A DNA stretch of 64,000 nucleotides from a virus (IMGVR_UViG_3300009185_000001:1-64000), one strand, 5' to 3'. Numbered from the stretch's first letter, positions 16,517 to 25,896 are shown. Notes: generated by a model from the sequence alone, not told the origin. Translations and numbers: made by a program.

Positions 16517-18955
16517 AATAATATCTTCCAGACAATATAGAATCGAAACGACTCTATCATTGTCTTCCAATACTTCATCTATCAATTTTGTTGTTATTGG
16601 ACCAAATTCATGTTCTTCCATAAAATCTTTTATAAATTTTATAAGATCTTGTGTTTTAATTTTTTTCAATGCTCTTAAAATGTTAGAATCCAATGCACCT
16701 ATCTTGTAATGATCTTGAATTGTGTGTAACAATTTTTCTATTTTTAAATATTGTATTCTATTTTTAATAAGATTTGGAAGTTTATATGGAGTTTCTTCTT
16801 TTTTGAAATCAATTTTCTCGTAATTTTCCAATAAATTTTCGAATTTTGTCTTAAATGGTTTTAATCTACAAAAATTTTTATATCTAGATTCTTTCAGTTC
16901 TTCGTATTGAGATTTTCTTATAGGTAAATTATAATAGAAATATCTTTCTGCTAATATTTTGTGTCTTAGATTTGTACTGATATTTTCTTTCATTTCAAGT
17001 CTATTAGCTTCGATGTCTTCATCGCTATCAGGATTTGTTGATTTCTCTGCGTTCTTGTCCTGAACATATTGTACTAATATCTGCGAAGCTAATATTCCAA
17101 TTTCCTTTTCTTCAGGAGTTCTTGCACCACCAGTAGTTAAATAACTCGCAAACTCATCTAAAAACACCAATAACCCCTTAGCTTTTAATCTTGGCGTGAT
17201 AGCCGCCATAAGTTGTTTATTTTTGTTGTATGCGTTATCAAGCGTTTCTAATACAGCTACCATATCATTATAAATACGTTCTTCGTTAGAATTAGGTTTT
17301 ATGTTTTTTAATTTGCTTACATCTGGTTTATATACATCGCCAACTTTTGTACCAAAAGCATTGGCTGCTTTGTTTACTGTTTGTGGGATTATATTAAATG
17401 GTATTGCAAATCCTCCTCGACTCCATGATTCTTGATCATAATCTGCTCCTCTTTTTCTTAAATTTTCCAATTTTATGCCGCCTTTTTCTTTTAAATACAA
17501 CCAAAAATCATCAGCCCATTTACTACCACAGTCGCTTTGTGCTGCTTTAATAACATCTTCTTGCCACCACGAAGAAACCACATCTACTTTATCAGTTGTT
17601 TTTTCTAAGTTTACATATTGTTTTATCTTTTCATAGTATCTATCATTCTCCGGTGTTCGAAGCTGGGGGTCTGATTTAATAATTTTTGTATAAACTATTG
17701 CAAATGACTTATCATAATTAAGTCTTTTAAAAGTTTTATTAAATCTTTCAATTGCTCTTGGAGAAGGTCTTATACCCTTTTCTTCTGGTTCTTGATAAGG
17801 TTGTTCCCATTCAGGAGCCGCAGATATAGCCGTTGCAGTATCATCAACAGTATTTTTTATAAGATTTTGGTTTTGAAGACCAAGTCTTTTATATGGTGCT
17901 TCTGCTACAAATCCTATAATATCTTTCTTAAATCCTTTTTTCTCTGCATAGTCAAACCAACTGGTAGCATCTAAATAGACATAATATTGTGTAGCTCTGG
18001 TCATTAATGCTTCTTGTTCAAAAACATCTCTAAAAACACCTCCAGATGCTTTTCCGTGTGGCTTTACGTTTCCAGCACCACAAATGGTTATACCATTTGA
18101 TAATTTATTTCCTCCCCATAATCCCTCATCAAAAAGTTTTATAAAAAGGTTGAATACATTTCCATTTTGAGTTCTATTAAACTCATCTATAAAAAAAATT
18201 CCCTTTGCATTGCCTTCCATAGCAAGCGTCATAGGAGCCTCTTTTATGTTATAAGTATCTACTGCAAGTTTATCTGCCTTTTCGTCTCCTGTTGGTTCTG
18301 GTCGATTCAATAAATCTGGAATACCCATAATTTCCATAGGAATTATTTGATCACCATTAACTTGAAAAAGTGTAAAAACATTTCCACTTCGAATTTCGTT
18401 TTCAATAAAAGATGCATTCTTTTTAAACTCTGGTGGAAGTTTGGCATAATCTATAAAAGATTTAGCTCCTTTTTCATCAGATGTATCCTTAAACCTTTTT
18501 TGATATTCATCAGATTCTCTCCATCTTTTATATTCAACAGAATTTTTAATCATTTTATTAAGCTCTCTTCCTCTAGCATCCAACCCAAGTTCAGCTGCTT
18601 TTTCATTACAAAAATTATAAATACCTTCTGTTTTTCCTGTAGAAGGCTCTCCGAAAAACAACATAGTTCTTTTATTTTTGTCTGGTTCTTCGTTATAGTT
18701 TTCATCCCAAGCTTTATTCAGATCAACCATTGCCATATGTGTTAACATAGGTTTTAGGTTTCTAACCGCAGCCAAATTTTTTAAATTTGGCATTGGTGCA
18801 TTGTCTTCCGTTGGGTTTATATCATATTTTTTACCAAACATAGCAGAAACCTCTTCATCACTTTCATCGTCTTCTTTTAATAAACGCTCATTATTTTCTC
18901 TTGAAATAATTTTATAATACATTTCTTCTAGGTTAACAATATCATTATTTTTCAT
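16508..18955 (-). CDS. MoxR-type AAA+ ATPase with long C-terminal extension
   Basis: Walker A GEPSTGKT, Walker B FFIDEFNR, sensor GAGN, Arg finger ALMTR, PSPR motif; shared leader. Confidence 0.8.
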   Translation of the reverse strand: MKNNDIVNLEEMYYKIISRENNERLLKEDDESDEEVSAMFGKKYDINPTEDNAPMPNLKNLAAVRNLKPMLTHMAMVDLNKAWDENYNEEPDKNKRTMLFFGEPSTGKTEGIYNFCNEKAAELGLDARGRELNKMIKNSVEYKRWRESDEYQKRFKDTSDEKGAKSFIDYAKLPPEFKKNASFIENEIRSGNVFTLFQVNGDQIIPMEIMGIPDLLNRPEPTGDEKADKLAVDTYNIKEAPMTLAMEGNAKGIFFIDEFNRTQNGNVFNLFIKLFDEGLWGGNKLSNGITICGAGNVKPHGKASGGVFRDVFEQEALMTRATQYYVYLDATSWFDYAEKKGFKKDIIGFVAEAPYKRLGLQNQNLIKNTVDDTATAISAAPEWEQPYQEPEEKGIRPSPRAIERFNKTFKRLNYDKSFAIVYTKIIKSDPQLRTPENDRYYEKIKQYVNLEKTTDKVDVVSSWWQEDVIKAAQSDCGSKWADDFWLYLKEKGGIKLENLRKRGADYDQESWSRGGFAIPFNIIPQTVNKAANAFGTKVGDVYKPDVSKLKNIKPNSNEERIYNDMVAVLETLDNAYNKNKQLMAAITPRLKAKGLLVFLDEFASYLTTGGARTPEEKEIGILASQILVQYVQDKNAEKSTNPDSDEDIEANRLEMKENISTNLRHKILAERYFYYNLPIRKSQYEELKESRYKNFCRLKPFKTKFENLLENYEKIDFKKEETPYKLPNLIKNRIQYLKIEKLLHTIQDHYKIGALDSNILRALKKIKTQDLIKFIKDFMEEHEFGPITTKLIDEVLEDNDRVVSILYCLEDIISD

Positions 18956-18966
18956 ACTTTATACTT

Positions 18967-18974
18967 TATTTATC
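18967..18974 (-). promoter_or_regulatory. Late promoter motif
   Basis: GATAAATA 11 nt upstream of the AAA ATPase ATG. Confidence 0.55.
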
Positions 18975-19005
18975 TTAACTATATATTTATTCTACATTTA
19001 TTTTT

Positions 19006-20058
19006 TTAGGAATGAGGAACATCTGCCGTATATACTTTCATTAATGGAGATAATTTTTCAATTCCAGATTTAAGACTATAGCTATCTGCACATATTAATG
19101 CTATTTTTTCATTAGCAGTCGGAACTTTTGGACTATCTTCAACACCACCATCCGTAAAGACTAAAAATCCGTCTAATGGTTCCATTCGTTGAGATTTTAT
19201 ATAGTTTGTAACATTTGATATATTAGTTCCCCCCCATTTTATATCTAAAGCACCAAATAATAAACTTTTTAGTTTTTTCTTATCGCTTACTAATTGAAAC
19301 AATACATTACTATCCTTAATATGTTTATTATTTGATGAAAATTCTTCTGTAGTATCTATTTCTATATGAGCATAAACCCTTGTATCAAAAAATAAAACAG
19401 TTAGAACAACCTGACTCAATTGCATTGCTATCTTATATATTTCGCTTAAAAATATATTTAATACATCACTACCAACAGATCCACTAGTATCTACGGCTAT
19501 GACGGTTCTTAGTAAATCTTCTTCTCCTACTTCTCTATAAGATGGTTCATATATATAAGATCCAATATATCTAGTATCTGGTCTGTTTCTTAATTCTTCA
19601 ATTTTTGGTGTTTTGTCCATCATTCTATACAAAACACCTTGCCAATCAATTTTTAAAGGAGTATATTTTCTATTAAATCTACTGCTTCCACTGCCGCTAT
19701 CATTCGATCTTCCGATTCCACTTTCTTTTAATCTTTCCTCTTCTTCTCTTTCAATCCTAGCGGCTATTTCTTCTACATCTGAATTTATTTGAGATTGGGA
19801 TTTTTCTCTTTCTTCTTTAGATTTTCTAGTATATTGCGGATTTCCTTTATATTTTTCTGGAAGATCGGTTACCTCTACCTCATCATCTTTTCCTAAATGA
19901 GAATCAAGACCCGGAACATGTATATCTTTATCTAAAATATCTTTTAGAGTGGGTGGTTTTGATTTACCGCTTTTAGAACCTTCGGGACCAACAGGACTAT
20001 CTTTAGGTTGTTTTCTATACACCTGAATATCATTTATATTGTATGTTTTAGTTTTCAT
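19006..20058 (-). CDS. vWA-domain protein (DUF2201 C-terminal-like)
   Basis: MIDAS DTSGS, GGT and FTDG; W...L..M motif before the vWA domain. Confidence 0.85.
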   Translation of the reverse strand: MKTKTYNINDIQVYRKQPKDSPVGPEGSKSGKSKPPTLKDILDKDIHVPGLDSHLGKDDEVEVTDLPEKYKGNPQYTRKSKEEREKSQSQINSDVEEIAARIEREEEERLKESGIGRSNDSGSGSSRFNRKYTPLKIDWQGVLYRMMDKTPKIEELRNRPDTRYIGSYIYEPSYREVGEEDLLRTVIAVDTSGSVGSDVLNIFLSEIYKIAMQLSQVVLTVLFFDTRVYAHIEIDTTEEFSSNNKHIKDSNVLFQLVSDKKKLKSLLFGALDIKWGGTNISNVTNYIKSQRMEPLDGFLVFTDGGVEDSPKVPTANEKIALICADSYSLKSGIEKLSPLMKVYTADVPHS

Positions 20059-20062
20059 TTTT

Positions 20063-21145
20063 TTATTTTGCTAATCTATCTGCTTCTTCTTTACTAATAG
20101 GACTTACCATAACTTCTCCCGTTTTTTTATCTATGTGATTTACTATTCCATATTCAGTAGGATTGTATTTAGTTTCTATGACTTGCCCAACTTTTAATGT
20201 ATTTTCTTGATCCTCTCCTTCACCTTTACCTTCACCCTTACCTTCACCCTTACCTTCACCCTTACCTTCACCCTTACCTTCACCCTTACCTTCACCCTTA
20301 CCTTCACCCTTACCTTCACCCTTACCTTCACCCTTACCTTCACCCTCGCCTTCGCCCTCGCCTTCGCCTTCGCCTTCTCCTTTACCTTCACCCTCTCCCT
20401 TTTCACCTTGTTCGCCTTGTTGTTCACCTTGTTGTTCACCTTGTTCACCGCCTTCTGGTGGTTGTGGTGGTTCCGGTGGTTTTTTTGCAGTTTCCATCAA
20501 TTTTTTGTATATTTGTTCTGCGGTTAAATTTGTAATATCAAAATCTGTTATTCCCCACACTTCAGAATCTATATAAAACCTACCATTTTTATAAACTGGA
20601 GTGCAGGTTTCGGCTGATTGTTCATTTCCTAAGTCATCTATTAATTTAACAAATCGAGGAATATTAACTTTTTTAAATTTTTCTATGTCCTTTTCATCTC
20701 TTTTGGTTTTCAATGCATGATCTACGTGTGCAGACATCATCTGTGCAATAACCTTATTCATTTCAAAATCTGTTGCAATGTTCCATAATCTGCGATGTCT
20801 ACCCTCTTGTCTTCCGAATGTTGAATTATATATGTGATATGCTTCATGGACAAATACCGCAGCAGCTTCTGTTGTTGTTACTTGTTTTAATAAAAAATCT
20901 ACGTTGCAAAATAATTCTCCTGCCCGATTAATTCCCATGGTTGGATTCTTTTTATCTTTTGATGGTATTATTCTTATATATTCTTTCAAAAAAAGAGCCA
21001 ATTTTCTATCAAATCTTGCAATTATGTTTATAGCGGCTGTTACTTTTTTATCGTATTTTATAAATTCTTCATCAGATTCAAATACAGATTCTTTTAGATA
21101 TATAGATTTATACGCATTTTCCAACGAGGTGTATACATTTTTCAT
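20063..21145 (-). CDS. Zincin-like metallopeptidase (DUF2201 N-terminal-like) with G/E/K linker and SH3-like tail
   Basis: HEAYH, WNIATD..MN; start moved to MKNVY after GATAAATA at 21157-21164. Confidence 0.8.
   Translation of the reverse strand: MKNVYTSLENAYKSIYLKESVFESDEEFIKYDKKVTAAINIIARFDRKLALFLKEYIRIIPSKDKKNPTMGINRAGELFCNVDFLLKQVTTTEAAAVFVHEAYHIYNSTFGRQEGRHRRLWNIATDFEMNKVIAQMMSAHVDHALKTKRDEKDIEKFKKVNIPRFVKLIDDLGNEQSAETCTPVYKNGRFYIDSEVWGITDFDITNLTAEQIYKKLMETAKKPPEPPQPPEGGEQGEQQGEQQGEQGEKGEGEGKGEGEGEGEGEGEGEGKGEGKGEGKGEGKGEGKGEGKGEGKGEGKGEGKGEGKGEGEDQENTLKVGQVIETKYNPTEYGIVNHIDKKTGEVMVSPISKEEADRLAK
20217..20336. repeat. 12-bp tandem repeat (CCTTCACCCTTA) encoding (KGEG)10
   Basis: Nine perfect units at 20229-20336 plus one unit with a synonymous change. 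Confidence 0.95.
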
Positions 21146-21205
21146 ATTTTTTTTATTATTTATCTTTTTTTTAAAAAAACAGTACAATTAATAGTAAATA
21201 TTTAT

Positions 21206-21850
21206 ATGAACATATTAGCAGAAACTATTAAAAAATATTACGATGATCCTTCAATTAGAGAAATGAATGTTATTCGTCCTGATAATTTTACTATTGATGA
21301 TTCTGCTATGAATTTAGGAAAATCTTTGATTAGTAGAATGGATGAGAGAAGAAAAAAATTTGGAAGACCAACTGATGAGAAAAAAAATAAAGATGCAATA
21401 AAAAAAACTGTCTTTGATTATTTTACATATTTTAAAAATTTAGAAGGCTATCCCAATAAAAAAATAGGAAATATTAGAAATTGGAAAATTGAAGATCTGA
21501 GGGGAGATTTGATATCTGGCGTTCCTGTTTATATGGCAATAGTATCTCCTAAATCTGATTTATATAAAAGAAAATGGTTTATTGCATTTAAAGAAGATGA
21601 TAATTTTAACCCAATTTATGTTGAAATAATAACTCCCCATTTTTCTTTGAATCTGTTATCATTAGAAGAAATTTCTAATAAATTTTTAGACACAAATCTG
21701 AGAAACCGTATCACTGAAATGACATCTAAAACGTTTTTTGATGATGTCGATCCAGAACAATACAAAAAAGATGTTGGAATTTCTATAGAAGATAGATTAA
21801 AAGCTACAAGAGATATGGAAGATATGGAGGCTTCAGATGATATGTTCTAA
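21206..21850 (+). CDS. Hypothetical late protein
   Basis: GTAAATA at 21194-21200; divergent from the peptidase gene. Confidence 0.7.
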   Translation: MNILAETIKKYYDDPSIREMNVIRPDNFTIDDSAMNLGKSLISRMDERRKKFGRPTDEKKNKDAIKKTVFDYFTYFKNLEGYPNKKIGNIRNWKIEDLRGDLISGVPVYMAIVSPKSDLYKRKWFIAFKEDDNFNPIYVEIITPHFSLNLLSLEEISNKFLDTNLRNRITEMTSKTFFDDVDPEQYKKDVGISIEDRLKATRDMEDMEASDDMF

Positions 21851-22245
21851 AAATCATCTGACCAACAAAATATAACATTATCTAAATTCTCCAATTCTTT
21901 TACTAAATTGTGCCTGATTAATTTCTGCCAAATAAAAAATTTATTAGCTAATCCCCCGCCCAACTGCGATATATAAAATGTTTTAGTTGGTCTTTGTTGA
22001 ATAATATTTTTGAGTTTTTTTAGTTCTTCAAAAAATACAGGCGAATATTCTTCCGGTCTGTAAAACGATGCATCCTTATTATCCGGAAACTTTTTAGTAA
22101 TAAATCCAATAGAATGGGGATGATCTCTTAAAATTGCTGCACCCCCGTATCCCATTCTTTCTAGATTATCTCCAAAAACGAAATATGCATTAGGATTAGA
22201 ATCTAAAACCCCTTTGGTTATCTGAATGTTTTCGTATTTAGACAT
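21847..22245 (-). CDS. Conserved phage protein (FVFGDN....G.GG motif; possibly DUF7831-like)
   Basis: YFVFGDNLERMGYGGAA...GFITKK. Confidence 0.5.
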   Translation of the reverse strand: MSKYENIQITKGVLDSNPNAYFVFGDNLERMGYGGAAILRDHPHSIGFITKKFPDNKDASFYRPEEYSPVFFEELKKLKNIIQQRPTKTFYISQLGGGLANKFFIWQKLIRHNLVKELENLDNVIFCWSDDF

Positions 22246-22481
22246 TAAACATCCTCTTCTACTTTAGGTGCTTTTCTATTATTAGATTTTTCTTGACGAA
22301 GAGCCTTTCTTGCCCTCTTTTGATCATCAGAAAGAATTCCCAAAATATCTTCTCTCCATGTTCGGTTTGCTTCTTTATTTGAAATAGGAGGTTGTCCTTT
22401 TTCTGATTTCTTTTTTAGTGCTTGTCTAATTTCTGCCATCATCGGGGATGACTTTGTTGATGTCCATATTGCTGTTATCAT
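22245..22481 (-). CDS. Hypothetical basic protein
   Basis: Has its own sigma70 promoter; abuts the next gene. Confidence 0.6.
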   Translation of the reverse strand: MITAIWTSTKSSPMMAEIRQALKKKSEKGQPPISNKEANRTWREDILGILSDDQKRARKALRQEKSNNRKAPKVEEDV

Positions 22482-22488
22482 ATATATT

Positions 22489-22517
22489 ATATTAATCTAA
22501 AATTTTGTAATTGTCAA
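22489..22517 (-). promoter_or_regulatory. Sigma70-type early promoter
   Basis: TTGACA-N17-TAATAT. Confidence 0.65.
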
Positions 22518-22523
22518 TGTTTT

Positions 22524-23066
22524 TTACCATCCACCTGTATAAATTCCGTTACTATTAAGTTGTTTCCATTCTTTCACTGGTGTCATTAAATCTATTTCCA
22601 ATCTTTCGGAAGCAAATCGGAGAATTCGTAGATTTGGCCATGCCATAGGCCGAATATTAATAATTTCATCCAGTGCTTCTTGCGGAGATTTACCCTGTAT
22701 GACCCAAGCTATAATTCCTATTGCAGTCGAACGCGAAACACCAGCATAGCAATTAACCCCAAGATGATACACTTTATTAGACTCCACAATTGTTTGTAAA
22801 AAAGAAATAATATTATTGACATGCTGTTCTCTCGGTCCTAGTTCTTCCAAGTGTCTTTGGATATAGACATCATTATCTTCATCAGACCAATCATAAAAAT
22901 ATTGAGCAAAATGAGGAACGTGTTTTTTGAAAAAATTCCTCTTAATCATTCGAATTTTTTTCTGATCTGCTTCATCAACAGCAGAAATCCAAACATTTTC
23001 CTTTATATCTTTAAAGGAATTTGAAACTGCACTCGAAAGATCTGTTATTATTATACTATCGATCAT
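22524..23066 (-). CDS. Protein-tyrosine/dual-specificity phosphatase family
   Basis: Cx5R loop NCYAGVSRS; PN..IL downstream. Confidence 0.8.
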   Translation of the reverse strand: MIDSIIITDLSSAVSNSFKDIKENVWISAVDEADQKKIRMIKRNFFKKHVPHFAQYFYDWSDEDNDVYIQRHLEELGPREQHVNNIISFLQTIVESNKVYHLGVNCYAGVSRSTAIGIIAWVIQGKSPQEALDEIINIRPMAWPNLRILRFASERLEIDLMTPVKEWKQLNSNGIYTGGW

Positions 23067-23266
23067 CGAAATCTATTCAAAAATTGATTAAGATCCCATT
23101 TATACACACCATGATCACCACTATCTAATATAGGACAGGTTTTACCTCTCATGAAATTATCCCAATCATTATGTAGATCATGTGGTAAATTAAAAAGAAT
23201 TTCGCTTTCTTTTATTACATTATCTTGTAGTGATAAATTCTCCAAAATTTTCGTCCAATTATTCAT
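23063..23266 (-). CDS. Hypothetical protein
   Basis: Overlapping early-array ORF. Confidence 0.55.
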   Translation of the reverse strand: MNNWTKILENLSLQDNVIKESEILFNLPHDLHNDWDNFMRGKTCPILDSGDHGVYKWDLNQFLNRFR

Positions 23267-23972
23267 TTATTAAAAATAAAGCTCTTTGAGTTTCTTGAAT
23301 TGTTTCTTTGTATCCCGAAATGATATCATTTAAATAACCTTTATTAACCACCATAGGTTTACCGTGATTAGTAACAATTGCGTTTTTATTATATTCTAGA
23401 TCTCTAACTATATAGCCATATCCATCCATTTCCCATTCATGATGTAAAATTTTAAACTTGGAAATAATTTTACCGAAATCTTTTTCTATTGTTTTTTCTG
23501 TTTTATCCAACTTTTCTGGCGAAATTTCTGAAATTTCTTTGTGACCCGGATACGGTGGAATTTCATCGGTTTGATTAAAACTCGCCCAATCTTTCATAGT
23601 AGTCCAATCAAAATTATCATAAGAACCAATAACATCCGGATAAGGTGGATAACATTGTGGAAGATCGGAAGAATCTACATAATCAGAATTTAAAATAGCA
23701 TTATCTGAAATTGAACTACTCAAACTTACCATAATGGGGTTTAGAGGACACTTAATTTTTTCGGAAGAATCCCACGGACTAGAAAAATCTGTTTCCAAGT
23801 CTGGTTCTGACATTAAATTGATACTAGGATTATACATATAATCTTCTTTATTGGGATCATTATACGGGGGATAGTTATTTAAATAACTGGAAGTGTCATT
23901 TAATTTGTTTTTAGCCTTAAGAAGTTTTACTTCTAATTCTAATTCTTCTACACGTTGTTCAAGGTACTTCAT
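23259..23972 (-). CDS. Hypothetical Pro/Asp-rich protein
   Basis: Overlapping early-array ORF. Confidence 0.6.
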   Translation of the reverse strand: MKYLEQRVEELELEVKLLKAKNKLNDTSSYLNNYPPYNDPNKEDYMYNPSINLMSEPDLETDFSSPWDSSEKIKCPLNPIMVSLSSSISDNAILNSDYVDSSDLPQCYPPYPDVIGSYDNFDWTTMKDWASFNQTDEIPPYPGHKEISEISPEKLDKTEKTIEKDFGKIISKFKILHHEWEMDGYGYIVRDLEYNKNAIVTNHGKPMVVNKGYLNDIISGYKETIQETQRALFLINE

Positions 23973-24111
23973 AATAATCTCCTATATTATAACTTACCCA
24001 TGTGTTTTTGTCAACTAAAATCTCAGTTAATCCTTCTGATTCATCTTCGACGTAGAATGAATAACGTTTTAAGAACCAAAAACCCCAAGCATCTTTGTGA
24101 TATATTTTCAT
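23959..24111 (-). CDS. Small hypothetical protein (50 aa, not in the ORF track)
   Basis: MKIYHKDAWGFWF...YYEVP fills the gap and overlaps both neighbours. Confidence 0.55.
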   Translation of the reverse strand: MKIYHKDAWGFWFLKRYSFYVEDESEGLTEILVDKNTWVSYNIGDYYEVP

Positions 24112-24383
24112 TTGTATTGTTCAAGACCTTTCTCCAAAAGATCTGAAATAACCTGATTAACCGAAATATCTTTATCACAAGATTCTTGAATAAGAAATTC
24201 TATTAGTTCTCTGTCAAGCTCAGATAAATTAATATCAACCGTAGAAAACTTTTCAAGTAAAATTCCTCCATCAGTTTCTTTAATAGAGAACTTATCTCCT
24301 TGTTTAATGTTAAGTTGAGCTAGTTCATCTTCTGTGAATTTAACGCAGACATCTCCTGTTGGTTCTATTGTTTTTTTGATCAT
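24108..24383 (-). CDS. AbrB/MazE-like DNA-binding protein
   Basis: GDVCVKF.ED.L.QL.IK.GD.F pattern. Confidence 0.5.
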   Translation of the reverse strand: MIKKTIEPTGDVCVKFTEDELAQLNIKQGDKFSIKETDGGILLEKFSTVDINLSELDRELIEFLIQESCDKDISVNQVISDLLEKGLEQYK

Positions 24384-24721
24384 ATTAATTTTTCTAGTAA
24401 ATCTTTTTCGTTACAAATTAGGTTGCAATCAGTCCAATCTCGGCTTTGAACGCTATCTTCGTATTTGTCGTCAAGAACTGTATACATTGTCTTTAATCCT
24501 TTTTTTGTATCATTACTCAATTTAGATTTTAAAAGAGCCAGAATATCTTTTATATCATCGTCATCCAAATCAAATCTCAACTTACTACCATCATACTTTG
24601 ATCCATAATTAAAGTCAATCATTAATTCTACAGGGGGATGCATTTCACCAAAACATTTTCCAGAAAAATCTGAATAGTAAGTTGCTTCTTCTCGTTGTGC
24701 GGGTTTAGTTGTCTTTTTCAT
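24380..24721 (-). CDS. Hypothetical protein
   Basis: Early-array ORF; start moved to MKKTTK. Confidence 0.55.
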   Translation of the reverse strand: MKKTTKPAQREEATYYSDFSGKCFGEMHPPVELMIDFNYGSKYDGSKLRFDLDDDDIKDILALLKSKLSNDTKKGLKTMYTVLDDKYEDSVQSRDWTDCNLICNEKDLLEKLI

Positions 24722-25016
24722 CCATGTGCTCCTTAACTGTTTTCCAAAGTGATTCAATATTGTGACAAATCTCCGTACCGTCTACATCAAAGGCTTTTAA
24801 TGGTTCTTTACCACCAAAGCTAGGTCTTTCGTACATATACCAATCAATCCAATCTTTACCTTCGATTCCAAATACTGATAGTAATAGAGTTCCAAATATT
24901 TCATGGTAAATGTCATCATAGTTCATCAAATCTATGCCTAATTTGTGCATAGAACTTGAACGTTCTCTGCATTTTTCTAAATTGTTAATTAACTTTTCGA
25001 ATTCTTTGTATTCCAT
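24705..25016 (-). CDS. Hypothetical protein
   Basis: Early-array ORF. Confidence 0.6.
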   Translation of the reverse strand: MEYKEFEKLINNLEKCRERSSSMHKLGIDLMNYDDIYHEIFGTLLLSVFGIEGKDWIDWYMYERPSFGGKEPLKAFDVDGTEICHNIESLWKTVKEHMDEKDN

Positions 25017-25017
25017 A

Positions 25018-25272
25018 TTAAAATTCTATTTGCAGTGTTGTAAATACACTTGTTTCCTTGATTTCGTTATTAAAACAATCCAGATCAACACTCATGGCAT
25101 TTGATAAACTAACGATATATTTATGATCTTCATGTAATTTAAATTTATATTGAATATTATTCTTAGATGACAGGTTTTCGGAATATTGTTTTAGGTAATT
25201 TACATTACCATTAAAGCTTACCTGAGCAAAACTAATATTAGCACAACTTAGGAAGATTAAAAGATATTTCAT
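25018..25272 (-). CDS. Hypothetical exported protein
   Basis: N-terminal signal-like segment. Confidence 0.55.
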   Translation of the reverse strand: MKYLLIFLSCANISFAQVSFNGNVNYLKQYSENLSSKNNIQYKFKLHEDHKYIVSLSNAMSVDLDCFNNEIKETSVFTTLQIEF

Positions 25273-25865
25273 TAGTTCATTTTCCTGACAAAGAATGTAT
25301 TGAGTCTACTAAAGAAGTTAGATGTTTTATAGCAAATCATACTCAGCCTATTCAACAACCAGAAGTATCCAGAACGCTTTTTTAATTTATATGGAAAGCT
25401 GTTTATCTTTTTTTGATGTTCCTCTTCCCATTTATTCATTTTAATTTTACGGTTTTCATACTTCTCTACCTTGGCTAATTCAAGTTTATCCAGCTTTCCG
25501 TAGATAAAATAAGCATCGAAGTCTACCCAAATGTCTTGTTGATCGTTAAGGTTAAAGGTATCATAAAAAGTAATCTTACCATGAAAATCTACCTTCTTGG
25601 TTTCTTGTTTTATTATTTTTTGATCCTTGACAATATTCCAAGGTTTATGATCTTTTTGCTTCTTTTCTTCTTCTGTATAATAGGTGTATTCGTATTCTAT
25701 TACTTCTTCCAATAGTTCACCATCTTCTGAGATAATGTAAGTTTCTAAACAATTATCCATATCCTTGGTTTGGAATTGAGTTTCGCACCACTTTACAGAA
25801 AGACCTTTAAGTTCATCCGTTAGTGGTAGTTCTTTTTTGCATTTTATATATGAAAACATTCCCAT
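25272..25865 (-). CDS. Conserved phage hypothetical protein
   Basis: MGMF..I.C..LP...FQTKD..NC...Y.I..DG.L motif. Confidence 0.65.
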   Translation of the reverse strand: MGMFSYIKCKKELPLTDELKGLSVKWCETQFQTKDMDNCLETYIISEDGELLEEVIEYEYTYYTEEEKKQKDHKPWNIVKDQKIIKQETKKVDFHGKITFYDTFNLNDQQDIWVDFDAYFIYGKLDKLELAKVEKYENRKIKMNKWEEEHQKKINSFPYKLKKRSGYFWLLNRLSMICYKTSNFFSRLNTFFVRKMN

Positions 25866-25896
25866 AAGTTTTATTCTATATTAAATTTTTATCCTG

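Noticed and set aside
20217-20336. Possible CRISPR array
   Set aside because: Repeats are contiguous 12-mers with no spacers and encode an in-frame linker
20194-20535. ORFs 20194-20448 (-), 20197-20535 (+) and 20207-20527 (+) with (VKVR)n, (HPYL)n and (FT)n repeats
   Set aside because: Alternative-frame read-outs of the stop-free 12-bp repeat inside the peptidase gene
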